Shown piece by piece: positions 39,119-49,045 of a stretch of DNA of 64,000 bases. Position 1 is the stretch's first letter, and every line of letters starts with the position of its first letter. The notes beneath the pieces were generated by a model. It was given only the letters and a program-made list of their open reading frames with translations, was not told the DNA's origin and did not search any database. A program made the position numbers and the translations under genes. The DNA is from Chloroflexota bacterium. GTDB taxonomy: Bacteria > Chloroflexota > Dehalococcoidia > Dehalococcoidales > UBA2162. Location: the NCBI GenBank assembly GCA_016190825.1, contig JACPPV010000032.1, forward strand, positions 4,364 through 68,363, written 5' to 3'.

Positions 39119-40013
39119 TGGATTCTCCTCTCTTGATGTTGTATCTGGATACTGCCAGAAATATCAACGCCACGATCCCCAGGAGGGAATAAGGGCTTCT
39201 AATGATTTCCATCAAATTGGTCAATCTTGTTCTTGACGTATCGAGGGGGGTCTTCGTCAAAAGGGAATGGTCAACCAGCACGGTATTTGGGCGCTCCGCC
39301 CCCGGCGGGCTGGACAGGTACTTGATGAAGCGAGAGTTATCGTCTCGGTTTACCATCGAATTTATCATAATACTCGGGTCGGAAACAAGGGTTACTGTTC
39401 CCTGTCCATGCTTGAATCTTGCCACTACTGGAAAAGGTCCTGCGGGCTCACCGGCGTTGTACGCCTCGTTGCCATCGGTATCAAGAAAACTGTTTGATGA
39501 CGACCACGCGAGCGCCTGGCTCTCTTCTACGTTAATCAGGCTGGTGGCATGATTAAGCGTCAGCGCGCTTATGCCCGCGTTTCTTATCTCGGGGCTGAAG
39601 TCTGTCACGCGCGGCATCCGCTGGTTCTTATAGGAAAAAAGGGGGTCGAGAAGTGGCCGGTTATCGAAACGGGTCGGCAGTTCCAGGTATTTCAGGATAT
39701 TGTTGCCGTAGCCGTAGTCGTCCATCAGTAGCAGCGAGCCGCCGTTGTCGACAAACTGTCTTATCCGGGATAGCTCTTCAGGCGTGGGGTCGACATAGGG
39801 CACGACGATCAGCGTATGTTCCCGGGGAAGGCTGGGCAATTTGGACAGGGAGTCGACGCTCTGGGCGCCGCTTTCGCTGGAAAAGCTCTTTATCCCGTTC
39901 CACGTCCGGTTGCTCTCCATGAAGTCCTGTGCCGAAGGGTAAAACCAGACGGAGAGTAGCGAGCCGAGCAGTATCACCACTACCACGGCAAAGAGAACGT
40001 CAGATACCCTCAC
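39111..40013 (-). CDS. DUF4350-like membrane-anchored protein
   Basis: N- and C-terminal TM helices, FVDNGGSLLLMDDYG, LVSDPSIMINSM; usual position before MoxR. Confidence 0.75.
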   Translation of the reverse strand: MRVSDVLFAVVVVILLGSLLSVWFYPSAQDFMESNRTWNGIKSFSSESGAQSVDSLSKLPSLPREHTLIVVPYVDPTPEELSRIRQFVDNGGSLLLMDDYGYGNNILKYLELPTRFDNRPLLDPLFSYKNQRMPRVTDFSPEIRNAGISALTLNHATSLINVEESQALAWSSSNSFLDTDGNEAYNAGEPAGPFPVVARFKHGQGTVTLVSDPSIMINSMVNRDDNSRFIKYLSSPPGAERPNTVLVDHSLLTKTPLDTSRTRLTNLMEIIRSPYSLLGIVALIFLAVSRYNIKRGESIG

Positions 40014-41967
40014 CCTTGAATGCCTCCCGTATGTCATGAGTGAGCTGTTCGCTCTTTCTGACCTCTTCCTCAGTGGGCTGGTGGCGCGAGTAAAGCAATC
40101 TTTCAACAGTCCGGCTGAGCTCCAGGAAATGCCTGGCGAATGGACCGAGCGCCTTGCTGTGGCTATCGGCGAACTCCCGCAGGGTCTGCTGCGGCGGCAG
40201 AAGAGTCTTTGTCAGCCTTTGCAGAAGTCCCAACACCAGCCGATATAAACCCAGTATTCTGCCCCGCGGTCCCTGGCTTGCTTCATCGATGGCGAATGCC
40301 ACTGGCGTCTGACTGTTTGTGGCAGCTGTCTGCGGTGAGGGGGTGGGGTGGGGGCTAACGGCAGGCTTTCTGCCAACCTGCATTTCAAGCCCGAACTTTT
40401 TTCTAAGCTGGCGGGGAAGATAGACGCCAAGCAGTGCGATGATGACAATGAAACTACCGCTGTTAATTACGTTTACGGTGAACAGGTTGCCGGTTATACT
40501 CAAAGGTGCGTGCCATGGTTCTTGGGGGGTGATTTCCCATTCAAGCGATTGCCACCCCGCCAGTCCCGGGTGAAGTCCCATGGCCATTCTCACGTCAAAG
40601 GAACCATCAACAGAGGTTATCGCTGCAGCTTCGGAGCCGCCAAGTTTCATCTTGACCGAGGCGCCGCCTAACGCTCCAATCTCGGAAGACAGCCTGCCGT
40701 TCAGGTTCATGCTGCCCGGTATTATGACCAATCCTGGCAAATCAGTCACCAGGACGGGAACCGCCTTCGTAACGTTCAGGGTGGCGCTGACAGTTACCGG
40801 GGCGTATCTCTTCAATGGGCCTGCCGAGAATGTGACGGTGTGCTTGCCTGTAAGTGTCTCTGGCGGGATTTTCACTATCGTGGAAAAGTTCTCTTGCGCC
40901 GTTATCCGGGACAGAAAACCGTCATCGAGGTAGATTTCAACCGTTCTCTCCGCAGGTGCCGTGGCTTGTCCGTAATCGAACCGGCCATTGATGATTGTCT
41001 CAAGCCCCGGATAGGACTTGGCCGGCACATCCAGTTTCAACAGAGCCTCGTAAAACAATACTTTGAGCTTTACCCCCGGGCTTAACGCGGCCGAATAAAT
41101 ACCGGCATCGCCGTCTTTCGGGTAGTAGAGCGCCTGTAGCTCCATCTCCGGCTGGTAACGGTAAGGGACCGGGAGCGTGCCGGCAAAATGTCCCGCTCCG
41201 TCTGTCCTGGCAGCGGCGTATTCAGAACTATCCAGAAGAATGACAATATCGCGACTAGCCAGAGTCCGTTTCTCAGAGGTCAGTTCACCCTCGAAGGCAA
41301 TAGCATCGCCCACGAAAGCAGTAGCCGGAACTATGTTGAAGGTAAGCTGCGTTTGTTTCGACTGCCGTTCGGCCGGAATATTTGCCACCAGTTCCCTGTA
41401 AGCGGCAAGCATGGCTCTTATCTTCTCAATGCGGTCCGTTACCTCGTCGAAAGAGCGCCGCAGGTCGGTTTCCGGTGAGGCTGAGGATATTCTTAGCTCT
41501 CTCCCGATGGTTGATATAGCCTGTTCCATCTCATTGAGCCTGATCTCGGAGTCCACTATGCTTGCCAGGATTTTCTCCGTGAACTCAGCGGCTTCGTCGA
41601 ATCGCGATTGCCTCGCGAGACTCATCAACTTAGTGATGGCACGGTCAATATCAAAAACCAGGTAGGAAAGGTTGGTGCTTGATGAGGCGAAGACGCCGGT
41701 AGCCCTCGAAAGACCTTCCGGCACATTGGCGAAAGGCATCTTCTTCAGCCGGGCCTCAACTTCGTCCGGGACCTTTTTCAGCAATAAGTCCAGGGAGTCC
41801 GAGTAGTAGCGAAAGAGGGAGATGGCGTTGAATATTACCCTGGCCTGTTCTGGGTCTTCATGGATTTCAATGGCGTGCGCTGTAAGAGGACTCAAGGTGG
41901 CAAGGACGAGAGCCACCGTAATCGTAATCAGCAGAGCCTTCTTGAGACTGCGAAATAGCGTTTTCAT
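40000..41967 (-). CDS. Large exported Ig-like repeat protein with TM helix and DUF4129-like tail
   Basis: Signal peptide, TDGAGHF/SVDGSF beta repeats, C-terminal QTLREF..ERLLYS. Confidence 0.75.
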   Translation of the reverse strand: MKTLFRSLKKALLITITVALVLATLSPLTAHAIEIHEDPEQARVIFNAISLFRYYSDSLDLLLKKVPDEVEARLKKMPFANVPEGLSRATGVFASSSTNLSYLVFDIDRAITKLMSLARQSRFDEAAEFTEKILASIVDSEIRLNEMEQAISTIGRELRISSASPETDLRRSFDEVTDRIEKIRAMLAAYRELVANIPAERQSKQTQLTFNIVPATAFVGDAIAFEGELTSEKRTLASRDIVILLDSSEYAAARTDGAGHFAGTLPVPYRYQPEMELQALYYPKDGDAGIYSAALSPGVKLKVLFYEALLKLDVPAKSYPGLETIINGRFDYGQATAPAERTVEIYLDDGFLSRITAQENFSTIVKIPPETLTGKHTVTFSAGPLKRYAPVTVSATLNVTKAVPVLVTDLPGLVIIPGSMNLNGRLSSEIGALGGASVKMKLGGSEAAAITSVDGSFDVRMAMGLHPGLAGWQSLEWEITPQEPWHAPLSITGNLFTVNVINSGSFIVIIALLGVYLPRQLRKKFGLEMQVGRKPAVSPHPTPSPQTAATNSQTPVAFAIDEASQGPRGRILGLYRLVLGLLQRLTKTLLPPQQTLREFADSHSKALGPFARHFLELSRTVERLLYSRHQPTEEEVRKSEQLTHDIREAFKGEGI

Positions 41968-42221
41968 TTGCCAGAAAGGAATTCCACGATTTTCAGGGCG
42001 ATTATAACCGCGAAGCCGCCGAACAGGACCGCGTTTATTCCGTTGAGCGCCGTCCGGGCGCGGGGATTCAGGTGAACGAAAAGCAAGGTGATTCCCAGAC
42101 AGATGATGATATTTACGACGAAGTAGTTCGTCAGATCATTGTTGCCCAGAAACGCCAGCAGCGAGTTTGCCGCTCCCATGACCAGCGCCAGAGTCAGAAG
42201 GTATTTATTATATATTCTCAA
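41964..42221 (-). CDS. Small 3-TM membrane protein
   Basis: Hydrophobic; TTG start overlaps the upstream stop; translationally coupled within the operon. Confidence 0.65.
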   Translation of the reverse strand: MRIYNKYLLTLALVMGAANSLLAFLGNNDLTNYFVVNIIICLGITLLFVHLNPRARTALNGINAVLFGGFAVIIALKIVEFLSGK

Positions 42222-42955
42222 GAGAGTACCTCGAGCACTATCCGGCCTTTTCCCTGGCCGTAGTCTTCTTCTTTTATCCGGACAGGTTTTCCCAGTGCCT
42301 CGCATGAAATCGCCGCCGCTATTGACGCTATGGGGCTGCCGAGACAGCGGTAAAACCAGATATCTTCGTATCGCAATTTCGCTCCCTTAACTTCGATGTG
42401 TACCTGGGAATCGGCCATGTTCACGCTGACCGAACTGGCGATATCCAGGAGACCGGTCAAGACGTAGGTTACGGCAGCCTCAATATCGTCAGCAGTTGGG
42501 CCAGGCTTTGTCGCCAGCATATCGATGTTCAAGCTGCCGGGAGTTGACACAGCCACTGCCATGTCATCCGGATTGGCGCCGTACCGTACGACCAGACGCC
42601 CGGGGACTTTGTCCCGCGCCAGATTGAGCTCCCGGTTGTCCACCAGCGGGATGAGTGCCTGGGAACGGCCATCGCGCATCGCAGATGGAAGGTAAACCGC
42701 CTTTCCCCTGAGCCCCAGCTCCTCGATGAGCGCCGCGGTATTCTCCATTCCGGTTTTCAATATCAAATCGCACGCTTCAGGAGAAATGTAGGGACGCGTG
42801 TTTGCCAGCGCAACGCTAATGAGCCCGATAATAATGGCGGACATCCCTACGGCGGCGAGCGGCGCAGAACCGACAATAAAGTATGCTACGGGGGCGAACG
42901 CAGCCCCGGCTAGAGAGAGTCCTAATCCCAGTAGTCTGTATGGATTGCTCGTCAG
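42218..42955 (-). CDS. Hypothetical membrane protein (C-terminus V4R-like)
   Basis: Frame is open from CTG 42955 after GGAGG, adding TM segments to the track ORF; CLGSPIASIAAAISCEALGKPV. Confidence 0.7.
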   Translation of the reverse strand: MTSNPYRLLGLGLSLAGAAFAPVAYFIVGSAPLAAVGMSAIIIGLISVALANTRPYISPEACDLILKTGMENTAALIEELGLRGKAVYLPSAMRDGRSQALIPLVDNRELNLARDKVPGRLVVRYGANPDDMAVAVSTPGSLNIDMLATKPGPTADDIEAAVTYVLTGLLDIASSVSVNMADSQVHIEVKGAKLRYEDIWFYRCLGSPIASIAAAISCEALGKPVRIKEEDYGQGKGRIVLEVLS

Positions 42956-43335
42956 TTTCCTCCAGGATAATGGCTAAGAATCTTTACTGAATATCCTATA
43001 CTCTGGAAAATGTGAAGTCAACGTCTTTACATATTGTTGCGTAGGGAAAGAAAGGCAAAAAATCGAACTTTAGTATTTCTTGGTGACGCCGGTTCATGGA
43101 AAATTAACTAGTTGACAAATGTCTATAAGTGCGGTAATCTTTTTGTCAACTAATTGGACTATGGTTGGGTAGTCCTAACGAACTAGTCAGACATAGTCTC
43201 TTTGGGCAAGAAGAGAGAATAAGGCTTGTCTGCAGAGGACCGGCTCCCCTCCCCCATTAACGGGGAGACGGTCAGAGTGAATACGGCATGTTGAATAAAG
43301 GAAAGGTGTCCAGTAGCTTTCAGGAAGAGGTGGCA

Positions 43336-44502
43336 ATGGAGATAAAGCGGGATATGAGACCCCCCGAGTACCGCTACTGGAAACAGCTTATGGACCACCT
43401 TCAGGGTGATGCCACAACATTCTTCAACGGTAAGTTCATCTATCCTCGTCAGTTAGAGATTCATCTTCCGGGGAACCATTTGAAGCCTTGCGACCTCCAT
43501 TGTCCCCATTGCGCCGGCAGATATGTGCAAAAGGACCTGGGCACCTGGGAAATGGATGCGCTGGAGCTTCTCAATAAGCTGCAAGGGAAAATCCCTTTCC
43601 ACATTTATGGCGGCAACTATACCGAACCTCTGTTAAATCCCTATTTCATGACTTTCCTGCACACCACCAAAAGGTATAGCAACCATTTTGGCATACATAC
43701 CAGCGGGGTGCTGCTCCAGCAGTTAGAAGACCAGCTGGGATGGCTGAGTGAGCTGAATCGTATTTCGACCGATATGGTGGACTATCTCTCTGTCAGCCTC
43801 GATGCCGGCTTTCCGTGGTCATGGGCCAAGACGAAAGGACACCGGCAAGAGGAGCTGTTTAATCAGATAATCCGGGGATTGAAGACTGCCGTCGATATAA
43901 GAAATAGTGTTGGCAAAGGCCATGCGCTCAGGCTGTGCTATCTTATTTCACCGTTCAGTGATTCTCCGGAAAATTTTGGCGCAATTGTGAACATTGCGCG
44001 GGAAATCGGCGTGGACTCTTTGCGGTTCTCTATTCCTTTCGCCCCCTATAACCAGTCCTTTGAAAAAGTGCGGGAGTACAAGCGGGACCGCGAAGTGCCA
44101 ATGACCGATGTATACGAGCAAAGATTAGCGCCGTATCTCTCCAAGAGTGAGGATGAGAAACCCTACATATTCTACACGGGACCCGAGTTCACCGATATTG
44201 ACAAGTTTGATTTTAAGCATTGCGTCTATTGCTATTACCAGATCACCTACGGCGCTGACGGGTATGTTTACAAGTGCTCAACTACTGCCTCTCCCACTAT
44301 GGCAATGGCCCGGCTAGGCAAGGTAACCGGCGACCTTGACGAATTCCATCAGCTATTGGAAGCAAACGCCAATCCGGACTGGAATGCCTTCACGTGCTTC
44401 TCCAAAGGCGGCCGGTGTAACCGCATGGGGCTGGAAATTAATCGCATGTATGCTTATTTACGCAACGGCGCCGTTCCTGCTGCAAAGGAAAAAGTATGGT
44501 AA
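43336..44502 (+). CDS. Radical SAM protein with C-terminal Cys cluster (SPASM/twitch-like)
   Basis: CDLHCPHC, GGNYTEPL, C..GADGYVYKC..C..C. Confidence 0.85.
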   Translation: MEIKRDMRPPEYRYWKQLMDHLQGDATTFFNGKFIYPRQLEIHLPGNHLKPCDLHCPHCAGRYVQKDLGTWEMDALELLNKLQGKIPFHIYGGNYTEPLLNPYFMTFLHTTKRYSNHFGIHTSGVLLQQLEDQLGWLSELNRISTDMVDYLSVSLDAGFPWSWAKTKGHRQEELFNQIIRGLKTAVDIRNSVGKGHALRLCYLISPFSDSPENFGAIVNIAREIGVDSLRFSIPFAPYNQSFEKVREYKRDREVPMTDVYEQRLAPYLSKSEDEKPYIFYTGPEFTDIDKFDFKHCVYCYYQITYGADGYVYKCSTTASPTMAMARLGKVTGDLDEFHQLLEANANPDWNAFTCFSKGGRCNRMGLEINRMYAYLRNGAVPAAKEKVW

Positions 44503-44644
44503 ACAGCGTGGGAAACAGTGGTAGGGATGAGACGCAGGAAAATTCCGGTGGCTATTTGGTTTGGGCTTTGCTTCTTTCAAGTTCCGGCTGTTGCCGCTGG
44601 CTCAGCCCGTCACAACGTCATTGTCACGCCAAAAGGGCAGCGAG

Positions 44645-45559
44645 ATGATCGGCTGCGCCCTGATCGGTAACGGCTACTGGGGCTCGAAACTCAAGAAATA
44701 TATTGAGGAGAATCCCAATTTCGACCTCAAATATGTCTGCAATTCCAGATCGGACCTGAATAGAGTGTGGCGTGATGGAACAATCTCCGCTGTCGTCGTA
44801 GCCACGCCCAATGAGACGCATTATCCTATTATCAGGGCGGCCCTGTTGCACGGCAAAAACGTCCTGTCCGAGAAGCCGCTAACGCTGGAAGGTGGGCAAT
44901 GCCGTGAGCTCGGTCAGATTGCTTCCGATGCGGACCGGATATTGGCGGTTGAATATGTGTACACTTTCTCCCGCGCTCTGAAACAAGCCCAGGGCCTTAT
45001 TGGAGCCGGAGAAATCGGGAATATTCTCGGTATGGAAATGGCGGTCAAACACCTCGGCAGGTTCAAGGGTGGGAGCGTCTACTGGCTGCTTGGTTCACAT
45101 ATGCTTTCCGTGCTTGATATGTTCGTTCCGCTTACGGATTTGTCCTTTGAAAAGAGGGACATGGTTACCTGCGAGGGGGAGGTAGAGACCGGGGTAATCT
45201 CTTTCGGTAAGCCCGGCTTCGAGGGACAGATTGTGGTCAGTCTAAATTACCCGGGAAAAGATACGAGCGTGGTGATTTACGGCGAGAATGGAACGATTAT
45301 CTACGATCCCGTTAATCAGCCTGCCCTCCGCTTAGACAAGTATCAAAGAATGAAGTGGACGATCGCCGATAAGCTGCCGCGAGAGCACAAGGAGTTTTGC
45401 ATCGATGAGAACAACAACCTGCGCTATGCGATCGAGTATTTTTACGAGGCGTTAAGCGGAAGAGCTAAAAGCAACGCGGGTCTGGCCACCGAGATAACTA
45501 CGGTCCTTCAAATGCTGCAGGTTGACAAGGGTGTGGGTGGTGGCGAAGGCAGGTCTTGA
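44645..45559 (+). CDS. Gfo/Idh/MocA family oxidoreductase
   Basis: IGNGYWG, ATPNETH, GKNVLSEKP. Confidence 0.9.
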   Translation: MIGCALIGNGYWGSKLKKYIEENPNFDLKYVCNSRSDLNRVWRDGTISAVVVATPNETHYPIIRAALLHGKNVLSEKPLTLEGGQCRELGQIASDADRILAVEYVYTFSRALKQAQGLIGAGEIGNILGMEMAVKHLGRFKGGSVYWLLGSHMLSVLDMFVPLTDLSFEKRDMVTCEGEVETGVISFGKPGFEGQIVVSLNYPGKDTSVVIYGENGTIIYDPVNQPALRLDKYQRMKWTIADKLPREHKEFCIDENNNLRYAIEYFYEALSGRAKSNAGLATEITTVLQMLQVDKGVGGGEGRS

Positions 45560-46319
45560 TGAGCTGCACAGGCAGGCTCTTGCCGACTTCTTGGGCCGGA
45601 GGACCCATCAGTTTCATGGCTCGGAGGCGCTGGTCTTCATACCGGTCCATAACGAAGAAAATACCATCGCCAGGGTAGTAGCGGGGGTGAGGGCAAGCTG
45701 TCCCTTTGACATACTGGTGATAAACGATGGCTCGAATGATTCCACATCCCGCATCCTGAAAAAATTGGGTGTGGAGGTGCTTGATCACCCCATGCCGTTG
45801 GGGGCAAACAGGATAATCGGCGGGCTGGAGGTGGGGCTGGCGTTGGGATACAACTACGTCATAAAAATTGATGGTGATGGTCAGCACAGTCCACAGGATA
45901 TTCCAAGGTTGTTCAGGCACGCAACGGAAACCGGCGTCGATATAGTGATAGGCTCCCGACACCTCGAGAGATTCAATGGCAAAGTCTTGAGCACCGCAGG
46001 CGCGGGGATGTGGTTTTGCTCCCGCCTCGTCTCCCTGGTCTACGGAAAACGGATCACCGACACTACGTCTGGATTGAAGATATGGAGCCGCCGAGCCTGC
46101 CAGGTGGCAATCGAGGCTTCGAAAAAGGGGAAACTGAAAGACGGCTCCACTTATCATGTCGAGGAGCTGATGATTGCTGCCAGAAAAAGGCTCAGGGTGG
46201 CAGAAATAGGTGTGGTGATGCAGCCAAGAGAATTCGGGGAAACGAAATCCTTTTCACCAAAAAAGCTGGTATCATTTCCGCTTAACCTGGTAGTCAGCAC
46301 AGTCAGGGCTTTGCTATAG
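45522..46319 (+). CDS. Glycosyltransferase family 2 (DPM1-like)
   Basis: IPVHNEE, INDGSND, DGDGQH, VIGSR, DTTSG. Confidence 0.92.
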   Translation: MTRVWVVAKAGLDELHRQALADFLGRRTHQFHGSEALVFIPVHNEENTIARVVAGVRASCPFDILVINDGSNDSTSRILKKLGVEVLDHPMPLGANRIIGGLEVGLALGYNYVIKIDGDGQHSPQDIPRLFRHATETGVDIVIGSRHLERFNGKVLSTAGAGMWFCSRLVSLVYGKRITDTTSGLKIWSRRACQVAIEASKKGKLKDGSTYHVEELMIAARKRLRVAEIGVVMQPREFGETKSFSPKKLVSFPLNLVVSTVRALL

Positions 46320-46439
46320 CCGGGGCGGATTTCATGATGTGACTGCTGGCACTTTTGTAACATAATTGTAATAATTGTCTGGTATGTTTACATAAATTTG
46401 CCGGGACGAAGAAGGGTTCCGGCCACGGAGGAGGAAATA

Positions 46440-47615
46440 ATGGTGAAAACGATGGAGAAGACCTTTGACATGACGCTGAAAAGGTGTACGAGATGCGTCT
46501 TGCCAGAGACGTTTCCGGGGATTACCTTTGACCATGACGGCGTCTGCAACTATTGTCTGAGTCACCAGCCGGTAAAGGTGCGCGGGGAGGAAGAACTTCT
46601 CAAAGTGCTCTCCGAAAACCGCAACAAAGGTGATAAATATGATTGCGTCGTTCCCATAAGCGGGGGGCGGGACAGTTCTTTTGTGCTCCACCAGATGGTC
46701 AAAAAATACAAGATGAGATGCATCTCCCTCACTGTTGACAGCGGTTTTATCCTGCCGGAAGGCATCCGGAACATAGAGACGGTTACCAAAGCCCTCGGTG
46801 TGCCCCATGTCTGGCTGCGCGATGACAACAAGATAGGGGTTGCCCAGCAGAACTGCATAATAAAGTTTCATGGTTGGCTGAAGAACCCCTCAATCAATAC
46901 TATCGTGCCCGTCCTTAACGCCGGCGATAAAACGATGAATCTCCGCATGGCGCGCTTCGCCCACGAAAACAGGATTCCGCTCGTCTGGGGCGGCAACTAC
47001 GTGGGAAATTGCAGCTTCGAGGAGGAGCATTGGAAAAGGGGATTCATGGGAGTATTCCCGGACGACCGTGGCACATTTACTACAGGCCAAAAAATCAAGC
47101 TGGTGACATACTTCGTCACTAAAGAATTCCTTCCGAATTCCTATAATTTCAAATGGCCCATTTTCAAGGAGTATATGACCGGAGGAGCGGTCTATTTCTT
47201 TGAAGCGCTGTTCCGGCCCAAGGATGTCCGCTTTCTTGGTTTCTGGGACTATATCTACTGGAGAGAGAAAGAGGTTGAGGCTACCGTTATCAATGAACTC
47301 GGCTGGGAAGGCGCGCCGGACCATACCACCACCTGGCGGATTGATGACAGCGCATATCCGCTACTCAACTACATGTTCCTGAAAATCGTGGGCTTCACCG
47401 AGCACGATGAGATGTACAGCAAAATGATTCGCGAGAACCAACTCACACGGGAAGAGGGTCTGAGGAGGACCTTTGCCGACCATCACTCGGATTGGGTCAC
47501 TGGCCCGAGGGTGACTGCCAGTATCAAGGAGCTGGGCGCTACCAGGGAGCAGGTGGACGAGGTCCTGGAGAGGTACAGCGAGAAGTTCCTGGCGCAGATC
47601 CTCAAGAAAGATTGA
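46440..47615 (+). CDS. N-acetyl sugar amidotransferase-like PP-loop ATPase (WbpG-like)
   Basis: CTRCVLP..GVCNYC, YDCVVPISGGRDSS. Confidence 0.82.
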   Translation: MVKTMEKTFDMTLKRCTRCVLPETFPGITFDHDGVCNYCLSHQPVKVRGEEELLKVLSENRNKGDKYDCVVPISGGRDSSFVLHQMVKKYKMRCISLTVDSGFILPEGIRNIETVTKALGVPHVWLRDDNKIGVAQQNCIIKFHGWLKNPSINTIVPVLNAGDKTMNLRMARFAHENRIPLVWGGNYVGNCSFEEEHWKRGFMGVFPDDRGTFTTGQKIKLVTYFVTKEFLPNSYNFKWPIFKEYMTGGAVYFFEALFRPKDVRFLGFWDYIYWREKEVEATVINELGWEGAPDHTTTWRIDDSAYPLLNYMFLKIVGFTEHDEMYSKMIRENQLTREEGLRRTFADHHSDWVTGPRVTASIKELGATREQVDEVLERYSEKFLAQILKKD

Positions 47616-47648
47616 AGTGCCATTGTTGGCAGGTCCAAAGATAACCCG

Positions 47649-48845
47649 ATGAAAATTCTTTACGTTCAGGATACCGATTGGATCAGGCGGAACCCGATGC
47701 AGCACAATCATCTGGCGGAAAGAATGGTGCTCCGGGGACATGAAGTAAGGGTAATTGACTACGAGATTCTGTGGCGGGCAGAAGGCAAGAAAGAGCTATT
47801 CTCAAAGAGGCAGACTTTCCGCGTCGCCCGGTTGCTTAGGGATGCTTATCATACGGTCATCCGCCCGGGAATAGTGAAGATTCCCCTTCTGGACTATGTT
47901 TCCATGCTCTTTACCTACACGCAGGAAATCAACCGCCAGGTAGGGGAGTTCAAACCGGACGTCATCATCGCCGACTGTATCCTCACGCCTTTCCTTGCCT
48001 TTAGAGTGGCGAAGAGGAAGCATGTGCCGGTGGTGTACTATGTGCTGGACGTCAGCCATAAGCTGATTCCCTTCAGGCTCCTTCATCCCCTGGGACGGAT
48101 GATTGAGAGATGGAACTTCCGCTCCGCCGACCTGGTTATCTCTGGGCATTCAGGTCTCAGGGAGTATTGTCTGCGAATGGGGGCTGCGCCGGAGAAGACC
48201 CGTGCGATCACTGCTGGCATAGATGTCAGCCGCTTTCGCCCCGCTGCCGATGGCGCAGAAGTGCGAAAAAAGTACAAGATTGACAGAAATGACCTTGTCC
48301 TCTTCTTTGTTGGCTGGATACACCATTTTCAGGGATTGAAAGAAGTGGCCATAGAAATGGCTAAGGTAGGTGACAGCAGAATTAAGCTGATGGTCGTTGG
48401 GGATGGGGATGGCTACGATGACCTGGATAAAATCAGAAGGGAATCCGGTCTTAACGGAAGGCTTATCCTGACCGGCCGGAAACCCTATGACGAAGTGCCT
48501 TCATTCCTCGCCGCCGCCGATATTTGCATCCTTCCCTCTCCCCAGGACGAGCCGGTTATGCAGGGCATCGTGCCGATAAAAATATATGACTATGTGACGG
48601 CCAGGAAACCGGTTATATCTACCCGCCTCTCCGGCGTTGTGAATGAAATTGGAGAGGGCAACGGCATCGTCTATGTAGAAAGGCCGGAGGACACGGTGCG
48701 CCAAGCCATGGAGCTTGCCCGGAACGGGGCAATCAAACAACTGGCTGAGCAGGCGGGACAGTTCGCCGCCAGACATAGCTGGGACAAAGTCACCGATGAA
48801 TTTGAGCAAACCCTCCTGAACGTTGCCGGGGGTAAAGAGCTTTAG
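47649..48845 (+). CDS. Glycosyltransferase family 4
   Basis: RGHEV, FFVGW, VVGDG, PIKIYDY..KPVIST. Confidence 0.9.
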   Translation: MKILYVQDTDWIRRNPMQHNHLAERMVLRGHEVRVIDYEILWRAEGKKELFSKRQTFRVARLLRDAYHTVIRPGIVKIPLLDYVSMLFTYTQEINRQVGEFKPDVIIADCILTPFLAFRVAKRKHVPVVYYVLDVSHKLIPFRLLHPLGRMIERWNFRSADLVISGHSGLREYCLRMGAAPEKTRAITAGIDVSRFRPAADGAEVRKKYKIDRNDLVLFFVGWIHHFQGLKEVAIEMAKVGDSRIKLMVVGDGDGYDDLDKIRRESGLNGRLILTGRKPYDEVPSFLAAADICILPSPQDEPVMQGIVPIKIYDYVTARKPVISTRLSGVVNEIGEGNGIVYVERPEDTVRQAMELARNGAIKQLAEQAGQFAARHSWDKVTDEFEQTLLNVAGGKEL

Positions 48846-48866
48846 ATGCCACTCTCCACTAGCCGA

Positions 48867-48895
48867 TTGCACTTCTCACTGCTGGTTGTTATAAT
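48867..48895 (+). promoter_or_regulatory. sigma70 promoter of the thrS leader
   Basis: TTGCAC-17-TATAAT with TGn extension. Confidence 0.75.
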
Positions 48896-48989
48896 GGAGC
48901 AACAGTAGACATTTGCCTGCGGAGTCCAGGAACAGGCGTGAGTGAATCTGTGCTTGTGCTGAGTCTGGAATAGATACAGAGACGTCATC

Positions 48990-49026
48990 ACCTCTCGTCC
49001 CGGAAGGGGGTGGGAGGTTTTTGTTT
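48990..49026 (+). terminator. Terminator within the thrS leader
   Basis: ACCTCTCGTCCC-ggaa-GGGGGTGGGAGGT followed by a T-rich tract. Confidence 0.7.
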
Positions 49027-49045
49027 GTGGAGGCGATGGTCCCGG

